From: Heteronotia binoei
Lineage: Eukaryota
Reading direction: 5' to 3'
Assembly (NCBI RefSeq): GCF_032191835.1
Contig: NC_083227.1
Coordinates: 74,586,001 to 74,650,000 of the forward strand
Length of the DNA stretch: 64,000 bases
Shown: one piece after another, positions 35,394 to 49,047 of the stretch
Position numbering within the stretch: position 1 is the stretch's first letter
Layout of the letters: every line of letters begins with the position of its first letter
Made by a program: the position numbers and the translations under genes
The notes under the pieces: generated by a model
Told to the model about the DNA's origin: nothing
What the model saw: only the letters and a program-made list of their open reading frames with translations
Database searches by the model: none

Positions 35394-36162
35394 CTTTTGG
35401 ACAGAGAACAACAACAAAACAACAAAAGGCAGAATCAGATAGTTGTCACATAACGCAAACTGCTATACAACAGAACTCTGAACTACTACAACTTTAGCTA
35501 TCCAAAATATCCTGGATAGTTGAAACCATTTGTTCATTTGCATGAGATCTGTCACCAAGCAATTGAAACCAAAATAATCAGGTTGTCTGATTGAGTCCAA
35601 CAAGCAATGGCTTTCATCTCTAGCATAATTACATTGAATAAAATGTTTCTCTGATTTAAAAAGGTATCCTTGGCAGCAATTCCTCAACTTGTCCAATTAT
35701 CTCATCCCCTCCAGAGATGAGATAGAGCCACCCCTGATAATAAGCCTTTCTCTACCCCACCTTTCCTAACTGACAGCACCTTTTCATGCACTGTCTTGGA
35801 AGAGTGCCTTTAACTGGCATGAGGACGAGAGTCTTATTGTATCTTTTAAAAGTAAACCGAAATTAGCAGGAGACTGAGTTGCATCCCATGTGCCCCATTC
35901 TACATTTGGGCAGAATCAAAGTCAGACAACCGACAGTTTTATTTGTAACCAACAGCATTTGCACCTGTGCAAGATCAACTGCTTACAAACATCTACAAAT
36001 TCTTTGCTGTTGATTTCTATCTGCAGATTTTGCTGTTGCCAGGATTTTCCATTCCATTCTGAATTATTCTAAATCTATGCATTTGGGGCATGAAAGACAC
36101 TAGATTATACTATTTTAAGGACATTTATCAATCCCCATTCCAGTCCCCTGGTTTTACTGTAC

Positions 36163-36376
36163 CTCTTTTCAGCAGTTTTTCAGTAAGTGGAACTCCATAT
36201 TGTTCACAAAGCTTGACGCACTGAAACCAGGCCAGATGGCAAGCCATCCGATGCTGGTCCACCAGTTCTCCCATGTCACCTGTGACAGTGCTTGGCATGC
36301 AATGACGATCCACAACGGGGTCTCCAGACTTCACCACTCTACAATTTTCTGCCCATTCTAAGGGGTTTATCTTCCT
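36163..36376 (-). CDS. EFCAB12: EFCAB12 coding exon (RKINPLEWAENC...HCMPSTVTGDMGELVD...YGVPLTEKLLKR)
   Basis: Matches human HCLPSTIHGDMRELID...YGLPLTE; 214 bp, phase 0-1. Confidence 0.9.
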
Positions 36377-36864
36377 CTGCAACACAAGACAACACCTTCT
36401 GAGTTATACAACACGTTATATAGTTAGAAAATCCCCAAATACTGTTGTGAAATATTGGTTTCTGGTGCCTTGAAGGATTCTCCATTGGGGGGGGGGGGGA
36501 ACCAAAACAGCTTTTAAGGAAACCTGTGAGAATGAACACTGATTTGTATCAGTCGCAGATGCAGCAGTAGTCATCTACTGCTATACCGCAGAATACTACA
36601 GCTCTGAGGAGTAGTGCTATGCATGTTGTGTGTGTTGGAACATGACTATCCAAGATTATCACTTTCCGCTCTCTAGTGGGGCAAATAGCCCCTCCAGGGT
36701 CATTTTGAGTCAGGAAACCTATACTGAGGGGCTGAAGCCCCTTCTCCACATGCATTATGGTCTCATCCCAATTGGAGCTGTGCATGCTTTAGAACTGAGA
36801 CATGTGGCTAATTATATGAGAGTTGGGTCTCTCTTTCTCTCTGAATATCAACTTGCACCAGTAC

Positions 36865-37079
36865 CTTTCGCTGACGTCTGACTTCTCTGTATCTCTTCCC
36901 AACCTCTTCCATTTTAATATAAGATAGATGCATACGGTCCAGTTCAGTGTTGATGGGGGGAACTTCCAAGTGGTTTGATTTACGTTTCTGAGATGTTACA
37001 ATTTTAGACTTGCTATAACCTGATGAAAGCCACTTTGTATTTCCAGGACCAACTTTTTGATCAGTAGGTAGAAGATCTT
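36865..37079 (-). CDS. EFCAB12: EFCAB12 coding exon (...MEEVGKRYREVRRQRK)
   Basis: MEEVGKRYRE identical to human; 215 bp, phase 1-0. Confidence 0.88.
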
Positions 37080-37721
37080 CTGTACCAGTCAAAGGAAAAA
37101 GATACTCAGTTACAACCCTATCAAAAATTGCCCTTTCATAATCATCTGTTTATGTTGCATCCTTCAAGCCTAACTACAGACAACAAGCCTTGTTCCTACA
37201 GTATTACACACTGGAGGGTCCCATCACAGATACAAAGCCTGGAGTGGGGAGTCTTTAGTCCTTCTTTGTAGCCTTTTCACCAACAAATTTGCCCCCACTT
37301 AACTACTTTCAGCCTTTTACTGGGCTTTTCCACATTCTCATTTTCCTTGTTTCTGTGTTCCTTTTTTTTTTTTTTTTGAATTTTAACTTAGATTTATTCC
37401 AACTTCAACAATATTTTCCATCAACAGTATCCATAACAATCCGGGTACAGAAAGGTTTACATATACACCAACACATATTCAAGATAAGCCTTAGAAATAT
37501 ATATATTTATATATATGTACATATATAACCTATCCATAACCTGAAACCTGTCCATATTCTTCCAAGAAGGGCTGAATGCAGCATCAAACTATTGTCATAT
37601 TATTATCCTATATTAAATCTCGATCTTAATATCCTTTTATCCAAGGTTATATTCACTTTCATATTACATTTACCCTAGTTGTATGACTATCTTCTTTACT
37701 TCGTTTCTGTGTTCCTATTGC

Positions 37722-38097
37722 AGGGTTGCCAGGTCCTACCTGCCTGCTGGTGGGGGGATCCTGGCACCACTCTGGGAGTGGCTCTGGCATGTGTACTTTG
37801 TGCGCGGGATGTGATGACATCACTTGGATGTGAAATCATGTTACCATGCAACACTCTAGGTTTTGGGCAAAAATTCTATAGGGGTTTTTTTGCTACAAAA
37901 CCATACAGTTTGCCCCAAACCCAGAGCGTTGCCACACAACATTGGTGATGCAATGATGTCGCTTCCAAGTGACATCATATCAGGACCATCGCACCAAATG
38001 TCCCTGTTTGGGGGTGGGGTTTTCCCCACTGGCCAGCTGGGGGTGGCAGATTGGAACCCCCCAGACCAGGGCATCCCCTGGCCAGACCGGCCAGACT
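37722..38097. mobile_element. AGGGTTGCCA-family MITE with internal hairpin
   Basis: cagggttgccagg start; internal inverted blocks gatgacatcacttgga / ttccaagtgacatcat and gcaacactctaggttttgggc / gccccaaacccagagcgttgc. Confidence 0.6.
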
Positions 38098-38544
38098 TTT
38101 CCATGTGTGTTTTCCTCCCTCTACTGATCAAAGTGATATTACATTGTTTTACGTCTGGCATTAAAACCTGCAGTTTAAATATGCAGGGAGATATGCCAGA
38201 CATACACCTATGTAATATACAATTGACCACTTGAGGGAGAAAAAAAAACATGCAGAACAGACTCCCCCCCCGCCTCCACAAGCAACAGAACACAAAAACA
38301 AGGAAAATGTGAATGCAGAAAAGTCCACTGTTGCTAACCTGGGTTGTTCTGATTGGCTAAGGTTTAGTTCTTTTAATTGGTATTGATTGTTTTATACTGT
38401 GTTATTTCTGCTGTGAGACACTTTGAGCTGCTTTGTTCAGGAGAAGCAGCAGAGAAGAAAAAAAGAAAAGAAAAAAGACGAAGATCTATATTGTGTCTGA
38501 GCAAGTGCCAGCCCCCACCCCAAAACTGTTGTGGGTTTTTTTAG

Positions 38545-39176
38545 ACCAAATTAGACAAATCAGCCAGTATCATAATGCCCCTGTATAAATCGATGGTGCG
38601 GTCTCATTTGGAGTACTGTGTGCAGTTCTGGTTGCCGCACCTCAAAAAGGATATTATAGCATTGGAGAAAGTCCAGCATTGGAGAAAGTCCAGAGAAGGG
38701 CAACTAGAATGATTAAAGGGCTGGAGCACTTTCCCTATGAAGAAAGGTTGAAACGCTTGGGACTCTTTAGCTTGGAGAAACGTTGACTGCGGGGTGACAT
38801 GATAGAGGTTTACAAGATAATGCATGGGATGGAGAAAGTAGAGAAAGAAGTACTTTTCTCCCTTTCTCACAATACAAGAACTCGTGGGCATTCGATGAAA
38901 TTGCTGAGCAGAAAGGTTAAAACGGATAAAAGGAAGTACTTCTTCACCCAAAGGGTGATTAACATGTGGAATTCACTGCCACAGGAGGTGGTGGCGGCCA
39001 CAAGTATAGCCACCTTCAAGAAGGGTTTAGATAAAAATATGGAGCACAGGTCCATCAGTGGCTATTAGCCACAGTGTATGTGTGTATATAAAAAATTTTT
39101 TGCCACTGTGTGACACAGAGTGTTGGACTTGATGGGCCGTTGGCCTGATCCAACATGGCTTCTCTTATGTTCTTAT
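38545..39176 (+). mobile_element. CR1 (L3) LINE 3' fragment
   Basis: [17 protein letters not shown]...MIEVYKIMHG...RKYFFTQRVINMWNSLPQEVV; (TTCTTATG)-type tail. Confidence 0.9.
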
Positions 39177-39284
39177 TGGGGCCGTGTGATCAGATGTAGT
39201 CACTCACATGAACTTTAGTCCTTAGAGTATAGAAGAACCCCTAGAGTCCCCCTTATTACAACCATCGTCAAATGAAACTGAGAA

Positions 39285-39485
39285 CACCCTGACCTGGATA
39301 GCCCAGGCAAGTCCAGTCTTCCCACATCTTGGAAGCAAAGCAGGGCTGACCCTGGCAAGTACTTGGAAGGGAGACCTCCTTGGAATACCAGGGCTGGGAC
39401 ACAGCAGCATACAGGCTACCATTCTGAAAAAACGTTCTAGCCCCACTAAGGATCACCAGATGTCACCATGACTTCAAGGTGTGCA
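39285..39485 (+). mobile_element. 5S rRNA-derived SINE (5S-Sauria-like), degenerate
   Basis: atcttggaagcaaagcagggctgaccctggcaagtacttggaagggagacc resembles the 5S internal promoter region. Confidence 0.6.
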
Positions 39486-39601
39486 ATCACATACATACAC
39501 ACCAGAAAAAAACCACTTAAAAAAAAAGAAACTGGGAACAAGTTGAGGCTAAAGATGTCAGATGATCTTACAACTTCTCTGGAACTCTTTTTTCTCCTCA
39601 C

Positions 39602-39764
39602 CTGGTTTGGCTTCTTTGGGATGTTTCCATTGCTCCTTTAGGTAGTCCATCCATAGTCTCTGACATTCCATCAGATCACTGTTGGTTATATAATTCCCTT
39701 TCTTCATGGATGTGAGGTAGATGACCACATCCTCCAAGTCATTTTTACTGATAGGCACCTTGGT
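39602..39764 (-). CDS. EFCAB12: EFCAB12 coding exon (TKVPISKNDLEDVVIYLTS...)
   Basis: Aligns to human VPLKNQEVEDIVIYLSS; acceptor ttccAG, donor G|GTGAGG; 163 bp. Confidence 0.88.
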
Positions 39765-40016
39765 CTGGAACCAAAGATAAAAGTAAAATTGCAATCAAGT
39801 CTGATCACCTTTCATACGCTCCACAAGAAACAGTTTCCTCTGAATAGGAGTTACAAATATACAATATGGCCTTGAACCACCTCCAAGCATGCAGACATGC
39901 CCTGGGATCAGATGGAAGCAGTGTTCCCCAAATGCATTCTTAGCTCTCCAAATCTCTCTGTATGCTTGCATATGTGGAACCAGGGGCACCTTTTATGAAT
40001 GGACTTTCCTACCTAC

Positions 40017-40205
40017 CCCTTCAATAACTCTGATGAAATCTGCTCTTCTGAACTTCATGGACTTGGTTCGATCTTCTTTGTTGAATACATCCACCAGCTT
40101 GAGTTTTTGCTTGTGCAAAAGATTTTGCAGGTTAATGAGAGACTCCGGATATGGAGATTTGATGAGAGGGATGATTCTTTTTGGCTTCCTCACTGGCAGC
40201 AGTTG
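40017..40205 (-). CDS. EFCAB12: EFCAB12 coding exon with degenerate EF-hand (KLVDVFNKEDRTKSMKFRRADFIRVIEG)
   Basis: Acceptor tctttcAG, donor GGG|GTAGGT; 189 bp in frame; aligns to human KIKILEIFHKV...REEFIAAV. Confidence 0.85.
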
Positions 40206-40384
40206 CTGAAAGACATCAGAACAATTCAAGGGACCTAGACAACGTTATTCCAGCATCAGACAAATCAAAAGCAACTAGATTGGGCATGGGGGCATAACAG
40301 GGAAATAACATAATCTACCACACCAAGCTTGCACTTATGCAAGTCAGAAAGATCTGAACACTATTTACTGCTCATAAAGGCATC

Positions 40385-42202
40385 CTCAAAAACAAGCAAG
40401 GGAAAGAACTGTCCAACCAACAAGATGTCAAAAATAGATGGAGAGAATTCACAGAACAGCTGTATGGTCATAGCAAAGAAGCCCAGCATCAGAAGGCCAA
40501 GGGAAGGGAAGTTGAGAAAGAACCAGCCATCCTTGAGAAAGAGATCATGTGGGCAATGAGTCAACTACCAAACAACAAGGCCCCATCTGTGCAGAATTGC
40601 TGAGGCCTGTATTATCTGCAAACATCAGAGCCCAGTGTCAGAAAATTTGGCCAAGAGACTGAAAACACTAGTCAAGTTGGAAACGCCGGCCAAGCGCATC
40701 TGGTTAAGTTGATACAATAATTGTACACAAATCAGGAAACCACTGTGCGAACACTGTATGGAAATACTGATTGGCTAAAAATACAAGGCTGCACACTCTC
40801 ACCTTTTCTATTCAACATGTATGCCAAAACAATCACAAGGAACTTAGAGCTGGAAGAGTCAAAAATCGGAGTAAAGATCGGAGGAAGGAATATCAACAAT
40901 CTTCAATATGCTGATGACACAACCCTCTTTTTGGAAACTGAAAAAAGGCCTGGAATATCTGATCAAGAAAATCAAAGAAGAAAGTGAGAAGTTTGGCCTC
41001 TTCCTAAACATCAAAAAGTTCAAGATCATGACCACTGAGAAGAATAGAAACATTAAAATAACAGTTGATGATGAAGAGACTGAATATGTGGAAGAATTCA
41101 CTTTCTTAGGATCACTGCTCAACCAAAGCAGTGAATGCAGTCCAGAAATAAAACATCAAATCATGCTGGGTCACACAGCGATGATGAGCATGAATCGAAT
41201 ATGGAAGAGCAAGGACATCAGCCTAGCAACCAAAAGCAGATTAGTCTGTGCTGTTGTGTTCCTCATAACAACCTACGGCTGTGAAAGCTGGACCGTGAAG
41301 AAGCAAGACAGGAGGAAAATCAACTCATTTGAGATGTGGTGCTGAAGAAGGCTCCTGCACATTCCTTAGACAGCAAAGGTGACGAACAAGCAAGTACTGG
41401 AGTGCATAAAACCAGACATGCCATTGTAGGGTTGCTAGGTCAGACTCAAGAAATATCTGGGGACTTTGGGGGTGGAGCCAGGAGACTTTGGGGGTGGAGC
41501 CAGGAGCAAGGTTGTGACAAGCACAATTGACTCCAAAAGGAGTTCTGGCCATCACATCTAAATGGATTACACACCTTTTAAATGCCTCCCCTCCATTGGA
41601 AATAATGAAGCATAGGGGCACCTTCTTTTGGGGCTCATAGAATTGGACTCCCTGGCCCAATCATTTTGAAGCTTAACAGGTCTTTTGAGGAGAGGCACTG
41701 GATGCTATGCTAAAAATTTGGTGCCTCTACCTTAAAAAACAGGGCCCCACCCAGAGCCCCAAATACCTACAGATCAATTATCCATTATACCCTATGGGAA
41801 TCGGTCTCCATAGGGAATAATGGAGCACCCAGCAGACATTTCCCTCCCTCCCCACCCCCCACTTTCTGATGACCCTGAAGCGGGGGAAGGGCCTCCAAAC
41901 CAGGGGATCCCCTGCCCTCACCTGGGGATTGGCAACCCTATGCCATTGGTAGGAAAAATCACAAAACTGCAACCAACTTATTTTGGCCATGTGGAAAAAT
42001 TCACTAGAAATTTATGTTTGGATTGGTTAGCAGCAAAAGGAAACCAGGCAGCCAAAGAACACGGTGGCTAAACACTATAAAAGTCAATACCAGCCTGAGC
42101 ATGCAACAACTCCAAGAAACAGTACAAGATCAGAAAACATGGAGAGCGCTGGCCCATAGAATCACCAAGAGTCAGACATGACTGAGTGGTTAACAACAAC
42201 AA
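40385..42202 (+). mobile_element. Degenerate RTE/BovB-like LINE (RT and 3' end) with nested hAT MITE
   Basis: QGCTLSPFLFNMYA...GRNINNLQYADDT; TTYGCESWTVKKQDRRKINSFEMWC; (CAA)n tail at about 42192-42202. Confidence 0.85.
41427..41940. mobile_element. hAT MITE, TAGGGTTGC TIR, 514 bp
   Basis: TIRs TAGGGTTGC...GGCAACCCTA; perfect 8-bp TSD tgccattg. Confidence 0.9.
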
Positions 42203-42212
42203 CCCTTTAAGG

Positions 42213-42757
42213 TAGTGTCAAACACATTTGTTATGAGGGACAGATCTGACATAAATGAGTCCTTGTCAGGCTGGGCCACGTGTGTCATAAAATGTAATGC
42301 CCAGTATAGCAGAGATATAAGCTTTATAAAGGACACAGACAAAAACAAAGGTTTTTTAAAAGCTTAAAATAAAACATGCTTAAAACAGTAGCACTCATTG
42401 GTCTTAAAGGTGCTTTCTTTTCTATCTCTCCCAGGTGATCCAGGAAACTGGGCAAAGGAAGCTCTGGCTTTTTCCTTTTCCAGGGGACCAGGAGGGGGAG
42501 GAGCCTCAACCAATAGAAAGAAGTTTGGCTCAGTAGCTCTGTTGTGCGATTGACAGAGCCTGGCAAAGCAAGCTATTCCTCCCCCATCATCCCCAAGGGA
42601 GGAGCCTCAGCCAGTGCAGAAAACAGAGGCTTTGCTCTGTAGCTCCTGTGCGATTGAGCAAGCCTGGCAAAGCAAGTTGGGATGCAGAAAGAAGCAAGAG
42701 AGAGAGAGAGAAGGAAGCAGTTGTCAGCCAGTTGCAGGCCATATGTTTGACAACCTG
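42213..42757 (+). mobile_element. hAT (Charlie-type) non-autonomous element
   Basis: Ends tagtgtcaaac / gtttgacaacctg; perfect 8-bp TSD ctttaagg. Confidence 0.85.
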
Positions 42758-43406
42758 CTTTAAGGTCTAATCAGCCCTGTCTCCAGAAATGTCTTTTCTG
42801 TTTCCCAAATCTTTTTCACTGGAATCAATCAAGATTCCGTCCGTCCCCCCCCCCCCCCCCCCCGTCTCCTTGTGGTAAGGAAACAGTGGCTTTTCTGCAT
42901 TCTCATATTCCTCACATGGGTGTTCCTGTTGCTTGGAGGGGGTGTTGGCTGTTGCACATGGTATTTTGCTTTCTCTAGTGGTCAGCTAGTTATTATATCA
43001 CTTTATATCTGGTATACCTCCCTGCAGATTTAAACTGCAAGTTTTAATGTAAGACAAAAAAATGACATAATATCTAATCAACCACTAGAAAGAGTAAAAC
43101 ATGCGCAGAACAGATCCCTCCCCTGCAGAGCGACAGGAACACAAAAACCAGGAAAACAAGAAAGCTGAAAAGCTCCAGATTGGGCTTTACCTGACTGACG
43201 TACTGATTAACAATTTTTTATGTTGCTTCTGAGTTCTGAAAGATGTGCCCTCTAGTTTTAGTTCTACTCTTCAGCTGCACAGAGGTTCACAAAATAGTTA
43301 TGAAGCTTCCACTTCTCTAGATTTCACCTGGCCCATTTCAAGACCAGCTAGTGGGTATGGGCAAGCCATTTCAAGTGATGGAGGTTGTGAAACATGCTGC
43401 ACTTAC

Positions 43407-43907
43407 CTCAATGCTGCTGGTAGCAGTTAACTGGGCTTTCACCTGGGCCTTCTTCAGTTTTCTGGACTCTCTGATTTTTCTCAGCACTTTGACTTCCTGC
43501 TCACTGTTGTATTCTTTTCCCATCAGCCACGACTCAACATCTGCACATTTGTTCAGCAGATTCTGGAACTTCTTCCTCTCTTCAATCCAAGCTCCCAGTT
43601 CTCTGACTTCATCTTCCTCTGTAGGAATCTTAGCAACTTCCTTAAGTTCTTCTTTGACAGCAAATGTTTCCTGCTTTTGATCCAAACGTTCAGGTAACAG
43701 TAGTTTGGCTCTGGGAAAAGACACCCCTTCCATAGGCGGGGGAATAAGAATGCGACATCTAGGCGGAGCTGGTCCAAATCGACTCGGTTTCAGTTTCAAG
43801 AAAGCCTTTGGATGCCTCTCTCTAAGCTTGTAGCGTTTAAAGCAGTGCTGTATAAACCCGTCCAGGTTGAGCTCAGAATTTTCTTTAAGAGGCTCCTTGT
43901 CAGACAT
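43407..43907 (-). CDS. EFCAB12: EFCAB12 first recognisable coding exon (exon starts 43920)
   Basis: FIQHCFKRY and WIEERKKFQNLLNKCADVESWL...EVKVL align with human VIAHCFKQF and [22 protein letters not shown]...EAKVL; donor GAG|GTAAGT. The true start may lie in an unlocated upstream exon. Confidence 0.85.
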
Positions 43908-45299
43908 GATGTTGCTTTCACTGAGAAGTGATGGAACAGGTGGAAAAATTCAAAGTCAGTTCTGTCAGTCATCTGATCGGAAATTGTACTTCAGAGTGAA
44001 GGCATCTAAATTATACGTAACGTTTAGCAGCACACTTTTAAAAACTGTGTCACTTTATAATTGTCAACAGTCAAATAAATAATGTTTACAGCATATTGTT
44101 TCCTTTTCCCTACTAAAGATGTATTTACTTAAGGTACATGCGATAGTAACTTCCAGACAGTGTGTCAGAATTCCTTGTGGGTCATATGAAATCAATTAAA
44201 TACAGGTGCCTATGGGCTCAAAACATTAATCAACAGAAGAGTCTGTCTGGTATGTCCCTGTATGATTTGCTGCTGTGGTCCAATCAGGCTTTGCTGGAGA
44301 TGCACCTTTGCAAAGGTAAGGAGTGCGTTTACACTACACTAAATAATGTGTCTGGCAAGTGGATTTTTGCTATTCTTACACAGTAAAAATCCAGCTGCAA
44401 AATTCATTACTTAGTGTAGTGTGAACACACTCAAGGTGTGATTAAATAATTCAGCCACAATTTGCTGAGTACACAACTGCATGTCCCCAGAATGGTGACT
44501 CATGCAGTGGTCTGTGTTTCTCTGAAAACAGGCAGCTCTTATCTTATATCCTCCACAAGTCAGTCTTTTTAAGGTATAGGTTTGGATGCCTCCAATTCTA
44601 CTTCCCTCTCAAAAGTCTGTCTTAACTAAGCTGTTTAGTTTGTGAAAAAAACAGAACAGAAACAGTGCCTCCATTTTCTAATGAAATTCCTTTGTGTAAT
44701 GACACAAAGCAACTCGAAAGATCTAATACCATGCCTGCAAAAATAAAAAATGATCCACCTGTCTCTTTGCAAAAAAAAAAAAAGAAGATATTAATTTACC
44801 CAAATTCTTACTGCAGATGTAACATGTCTCTGTAAATATTATGAATGTAATATTTGTAGATAGAAACAAGGTATAAATGTTTACAACAGCAAATAATATA
44901 GAAAGGTAATTTTATGAGGAATTTATGAACAGCAGCAACATGCACCCTACATGACAGAAAGAATCTGTGCTTTCAATGATGTGAAAATTATGTTACTGAA
45001 TTAATTGATTTGTCATTTCCCCCGAAGTTATTATTTATTGGACTAGAAATCACGGTCAGTCAAAATAGCGCATATACCGCATTTAGTAAGATGTGACCTA
45101 AACTCAGTGAAGAGAAACTATAAAAATTGCAACTGATTAATGTAAGCAATGACATATTATATTTTAAAAATATTTTGGCTGTGGGGGATTTTTTTGCATA
45201 TGTTAAATTTTAATAAGATGATATAGATTATAGTTTTAAAAACCAAGAAATCGTATCTGAAAAGGTGATTTTCATGAACAACTTGCAGTCTTCTAGCCA

Positions 45300-46120
45300 A
45301 AATGGATATTATCGGAAACGTTCGTCGCCTTCTTTATGTCAGCAACCGATTTTTTAGTATCATGGGCAACAATCCCACCTAATAATCAAAAAGCACCAAT
45401 TGTATCTTACTAATTAAGACCCGATGCGCAGTTTCTAGAGCATGATCTAAAGCAAACCGAACGAAGCGAGCGTTTTTATGATTTTCTACAAACCATTCGG
45501 CAGAAGCAACATTAGGCGCAGAGTGCGACGCACTGCTCAGGGAGCTCCATTTAGTTTCACTCTTCGATACCCAATTCATTTGTTCCATCGAAATTAATTT
45601 TGTGGAGGGCACGAGGCTGCTTTAGGAAAACTCAGCAAAGAGCTTTGCAGAAGATGGCCTTTCTACCGGCCGCGCCCTGCCCTCTCTCTTATGCCCCCGC
45701 CGAAAACCTTTCGCTGCCCCAGCAGCCCCACAAGAACTCAACAGGCAGCAGCACCGCTCTGTTCTCGCTCAGATGTTTCTCGCGTTGGGATCCAAGGCAA
45801 AGTTGCTTTTCTCCGGTCACCAAGGCAACAGACGCGCTCCCTCGCAGTTGATTGGCCGAGACGCACAAGAGTGAACGGGGCGTGGTCCATCAAGCCAGGC
45901 CGCCGGCGACAGTCATGCAGGGAGACGGCGAACGTAGCTCGGTTAGGTGCGGAGCGGAGCGGCATCTCCGATGGCAATGATCTGTTGAGGGCTATTGCCA
46001 GTATGCGGGTCAATAGGTGCGCTACCCCGTCCCGAAAATGGTGTCGCTGATTATTCCCTACGCTTAAAAACAAACAACGCAACCACGAGGGTTTCCCCTT
46101 AAAAACAGCAGAGAGGAGCT
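45300..46120 (-). promoter_or_regulatory. CpG-rich putative EFCAB12 promoter with RFX X-box
   Basis: CpG retained in an otherwise CpG-depleted window; GTCACCAAGGCAAC (45816-45829) fits the X-box GTNRCC-N(0-3)-RGYAAC; CCAAT-like ATTGG nearby. Confidence 0.65.
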
Positions 46121-47068
46121 ATTGTTAGCCGCCCTGAGCCCGCTCGCGGGGAGGGCGGGATACAAATTCAATAAATGAAATTGAAGTCTCTCCAACTTTG
46201 CACAATGGTCTGCTTTTACTCCTACTTAACTCTGTAGGAAAATGGCAGAGGGGAGAGTTATGTAGCCCTTCTGGGATGGGGGGAGGGAAATGTGTCTGGC
46301 CTACAGGAAGAAGTTGTAGAATGGGTAGTGCCACCTCCCCCCATGTGGTAAGTAGTAGGGAGAGTCCCTTTTTTATCCTTGATCCATAATAAACAATGGA
46401 AGTACAAAACTGGCACTTCAGAAGGAATGCATATTCCCTTTTCATTAGTTAAGCTGCACATTAATAATACACAACTTTAATGAATTCTGCACATTAAAAA
46501 TACATGACTTTAATCTTCAACAATTCACCTCTACCCTTCACTGAGAAACAGTTAAGTGGTTAGAATCTCAGACTAGGATCTCTAATTCCTCAATTCCTAG
46601 TCTCCACTCTGCCATGGAAGCACAGTGGGCCAGTCACACACCCTCAGCCTAACCACCTTCACAGGCTTCTTGTAAGGATAAAATAGAAGACAGGAATAAG
46701 CCATACTGGGTCTCCACAGGGGAGAAAAGTCAACTATCAATGAATAAATAATAAAAACGTTGCCATTTATGTCATTCTAATGAGACTCATTTTATCTTTT
46801 AGGAGTATTGTTCACTTTTGCTAATATGTTTAAATATTGCAACACAAACTTAGTCAACCTACACAAACTGGACAATGTGATCAATTCTGAGCAGGATTCC
46901 TCAGAATTAAGTCCTACTTTATTTGATGGGGCTTACTCTCTGGAAAGCACTCTTAGGGTTTCAGCCTAAGAATACCCTGATTATATAATTTTTTTCAGGA
47001 GACATCAAGGTCACTACTGAAGTTTCACATGCTCCCACAAGGATTTCATAGACATGCTAGAAACATTC

Positions 47069-48150
47069 ATCCTGTGTTTGTGTTAAGTGCCATCAAGTTG
47101 CTTTCAGCTTATGAAGTATGAAGTAATGTCCTCCAAACCAGCATATTGCTTAACAGCTATTGTCAGCTGTTGCAAACTGAAGGCTGTGGCTTCCTTAATT
47201 AAGTCAATCCATTGCATGTTGGGCCTTCCTCTTCTCCTGCTGCCTTCAACTTTTCCTAGCATTTTTGTCTTTTCCAGTGACTCTTATCTTCTTATAATGT
47301 GACCAAAGTAGGATAGTCTCAGTTTAATCATTTTAGCTTCTAGGCTTGATTTGATCTAGAAATTTCTTTCTTGGCAGTCCACAATATCCATAAAACTTCT
47401 CTCCAACACCACATTTCAAAGGAATCTACTTTCTTCCTGTCAGCTTTCTTCATTGTTCAATGCCCACACCCATTCATACTAATGGGGCATACTATGGCAT
47501 GAATTAACTTTATCTTGGTTGTCAGTGATATATCTTTACACTTAAGATTTTCCTAAGACTTTTGTGGTTTCCCTTCCCATCTTCCTCCTTCTGATTTTTT
47601 GGGTGCAGTCTCCCTTTTGGCTGATGAAGGAGCCAAGGAATAGAAAATTTTGAACAATTTCAATGTCTTCATCTTCATCTTTAAATTTGTGTGATTTCCC
47701 AGTGGTCGTTACTTTTGTATTATTGAGGTTTAGCTATTATCTTGCTTTGGTATTTCCTGATTTAACCTTAATCAGTAGCCATTTTAAGTTTTCAGGTTTC
47801 TGCCAGTAATGTGATGTCATCTGTGTATCTCAAATTGTTAATGTTCTTTCCTTCAACTTTTCACTTCAGCTTCATCTAAATATAAGCTAGTATTTCTTGT
47901 TATATGTCCTGCATATATACTGAAGACAGGGAAATAAAATACATCCCTGTCTGACACCTTTGCCAAGTGGAAACATTCTGTTTCTCCATATTTTCTTAAC
48001 AATGGCCTCTTGTCCAGAGTACAGCTTGCGCATAAGAACAATCAGATGCTGTGGCACACCCATTTCCTTTAAAAACCAACCATGCTGCAGCCATAGTTTG
48101 CATTCCCTCACTTGTTTTAGAGGATCATTTCCACAACTAAGCATCTGTTA
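47069..48150 (-). mobile_element. Degenerate RTE/BovB-like LINE fragment
   Basis: WLQHGWFLKEMGVPQHLIVLMRKLYSGQEAIV...KGVRQGCILFP; RTE-type 3' end near 47070-47300. Confidence 0.8.
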
Positions 48151-48969
48151 AAGGGATGGAACATTCTTATTCAGGCTTGTTGGCAACCCAGTCCATAAGT
48201 GTATCAAACTCTATCCACTACACACTAAATTTTTAAGTGTTCTCTTTCAGTAAATGTTCAAATCCTGCTCTCAAGATCTCGATTAAAGGCCAGACTAAAT
48301 CTAACAACATCTTTGTGGCTGCTGCAAGGTCACTATTTTAAAGTAATTTGGCATTTTAACCATCCCTCCTGTGCAGCTGTTCAGCACTTGAAAAGGTACT
48401 AGTGCCACCTTGCAGACCCCATCAGGAGTCAGCCCTTGCGGCTTTTAAAAATCAGTTTTAAATGCTGATGGCATCCTCATGGAACACATCTAGTTTGGCC
48501 CAGGAGCTATGAAGGAACAATTGCACCAGCCAATCAGTCTGATTTGGCAGGGACAAGAGCGCACCAAGTGTATAAGGCAATGGGGGGAGATATTCAGCCA
48601 ACTGGTCAGATTCACCTCTTTTTGGATTTATATCTCTAAGATTGTATGCCATATGGCTTGTGTTATATAAACTGCATTCACTGTAGATGCATGTAGATGA
48701 TTACTTCAAAGTTACTTAGCAAGAATAAACTGCATTCCAGCAAGACTAAACACATATCTGCATAGCTGAAGGATGAATAACTAAAAATATGACTCTGTTT
48801 TAATATATTTTAAAAATGTTTTAATCACCTTTAATTGCAATGAATTTGAACACTGCACTTGTTTGAAATTACAAATATATAAAAAGAATGTTTGTATTTA
48901 TGGTAACCAGAAAGACTGCAGAAAGAGCAAAACATTAAACACTGAGAAAGGTATGTTTGCACAAAGTTG

Positions 48970-49047
48970 TTAATTAAGGCTCAGTTTCTCATGGTTTGCC
49001 CAAAGCCAAGCATGATAAACATTCAGCTTATGGTCTTGTGGCTGTAC
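48970..49047 (-). CDS. MBD4: MBD4 exon 8 ([25 protein letters not shown]), catalytic Asp retained
   Basis: Acceptor cttccAG; matches human [25 protein letters not shown]; 78 bp. Confidence 0.93.
   Translation of the reverse strand, partial: VQPQDHKLNVYHAWLWANHEKLSLN

Noticed and set aside
45379-45612. 77-aa minus-strand ORF as EFCAB12 exon 1
   Set aside because: It ends in a stop at the putative donor, the phase-compatible frame has an in-frame stop, and there is no similarity to EFCAB12.
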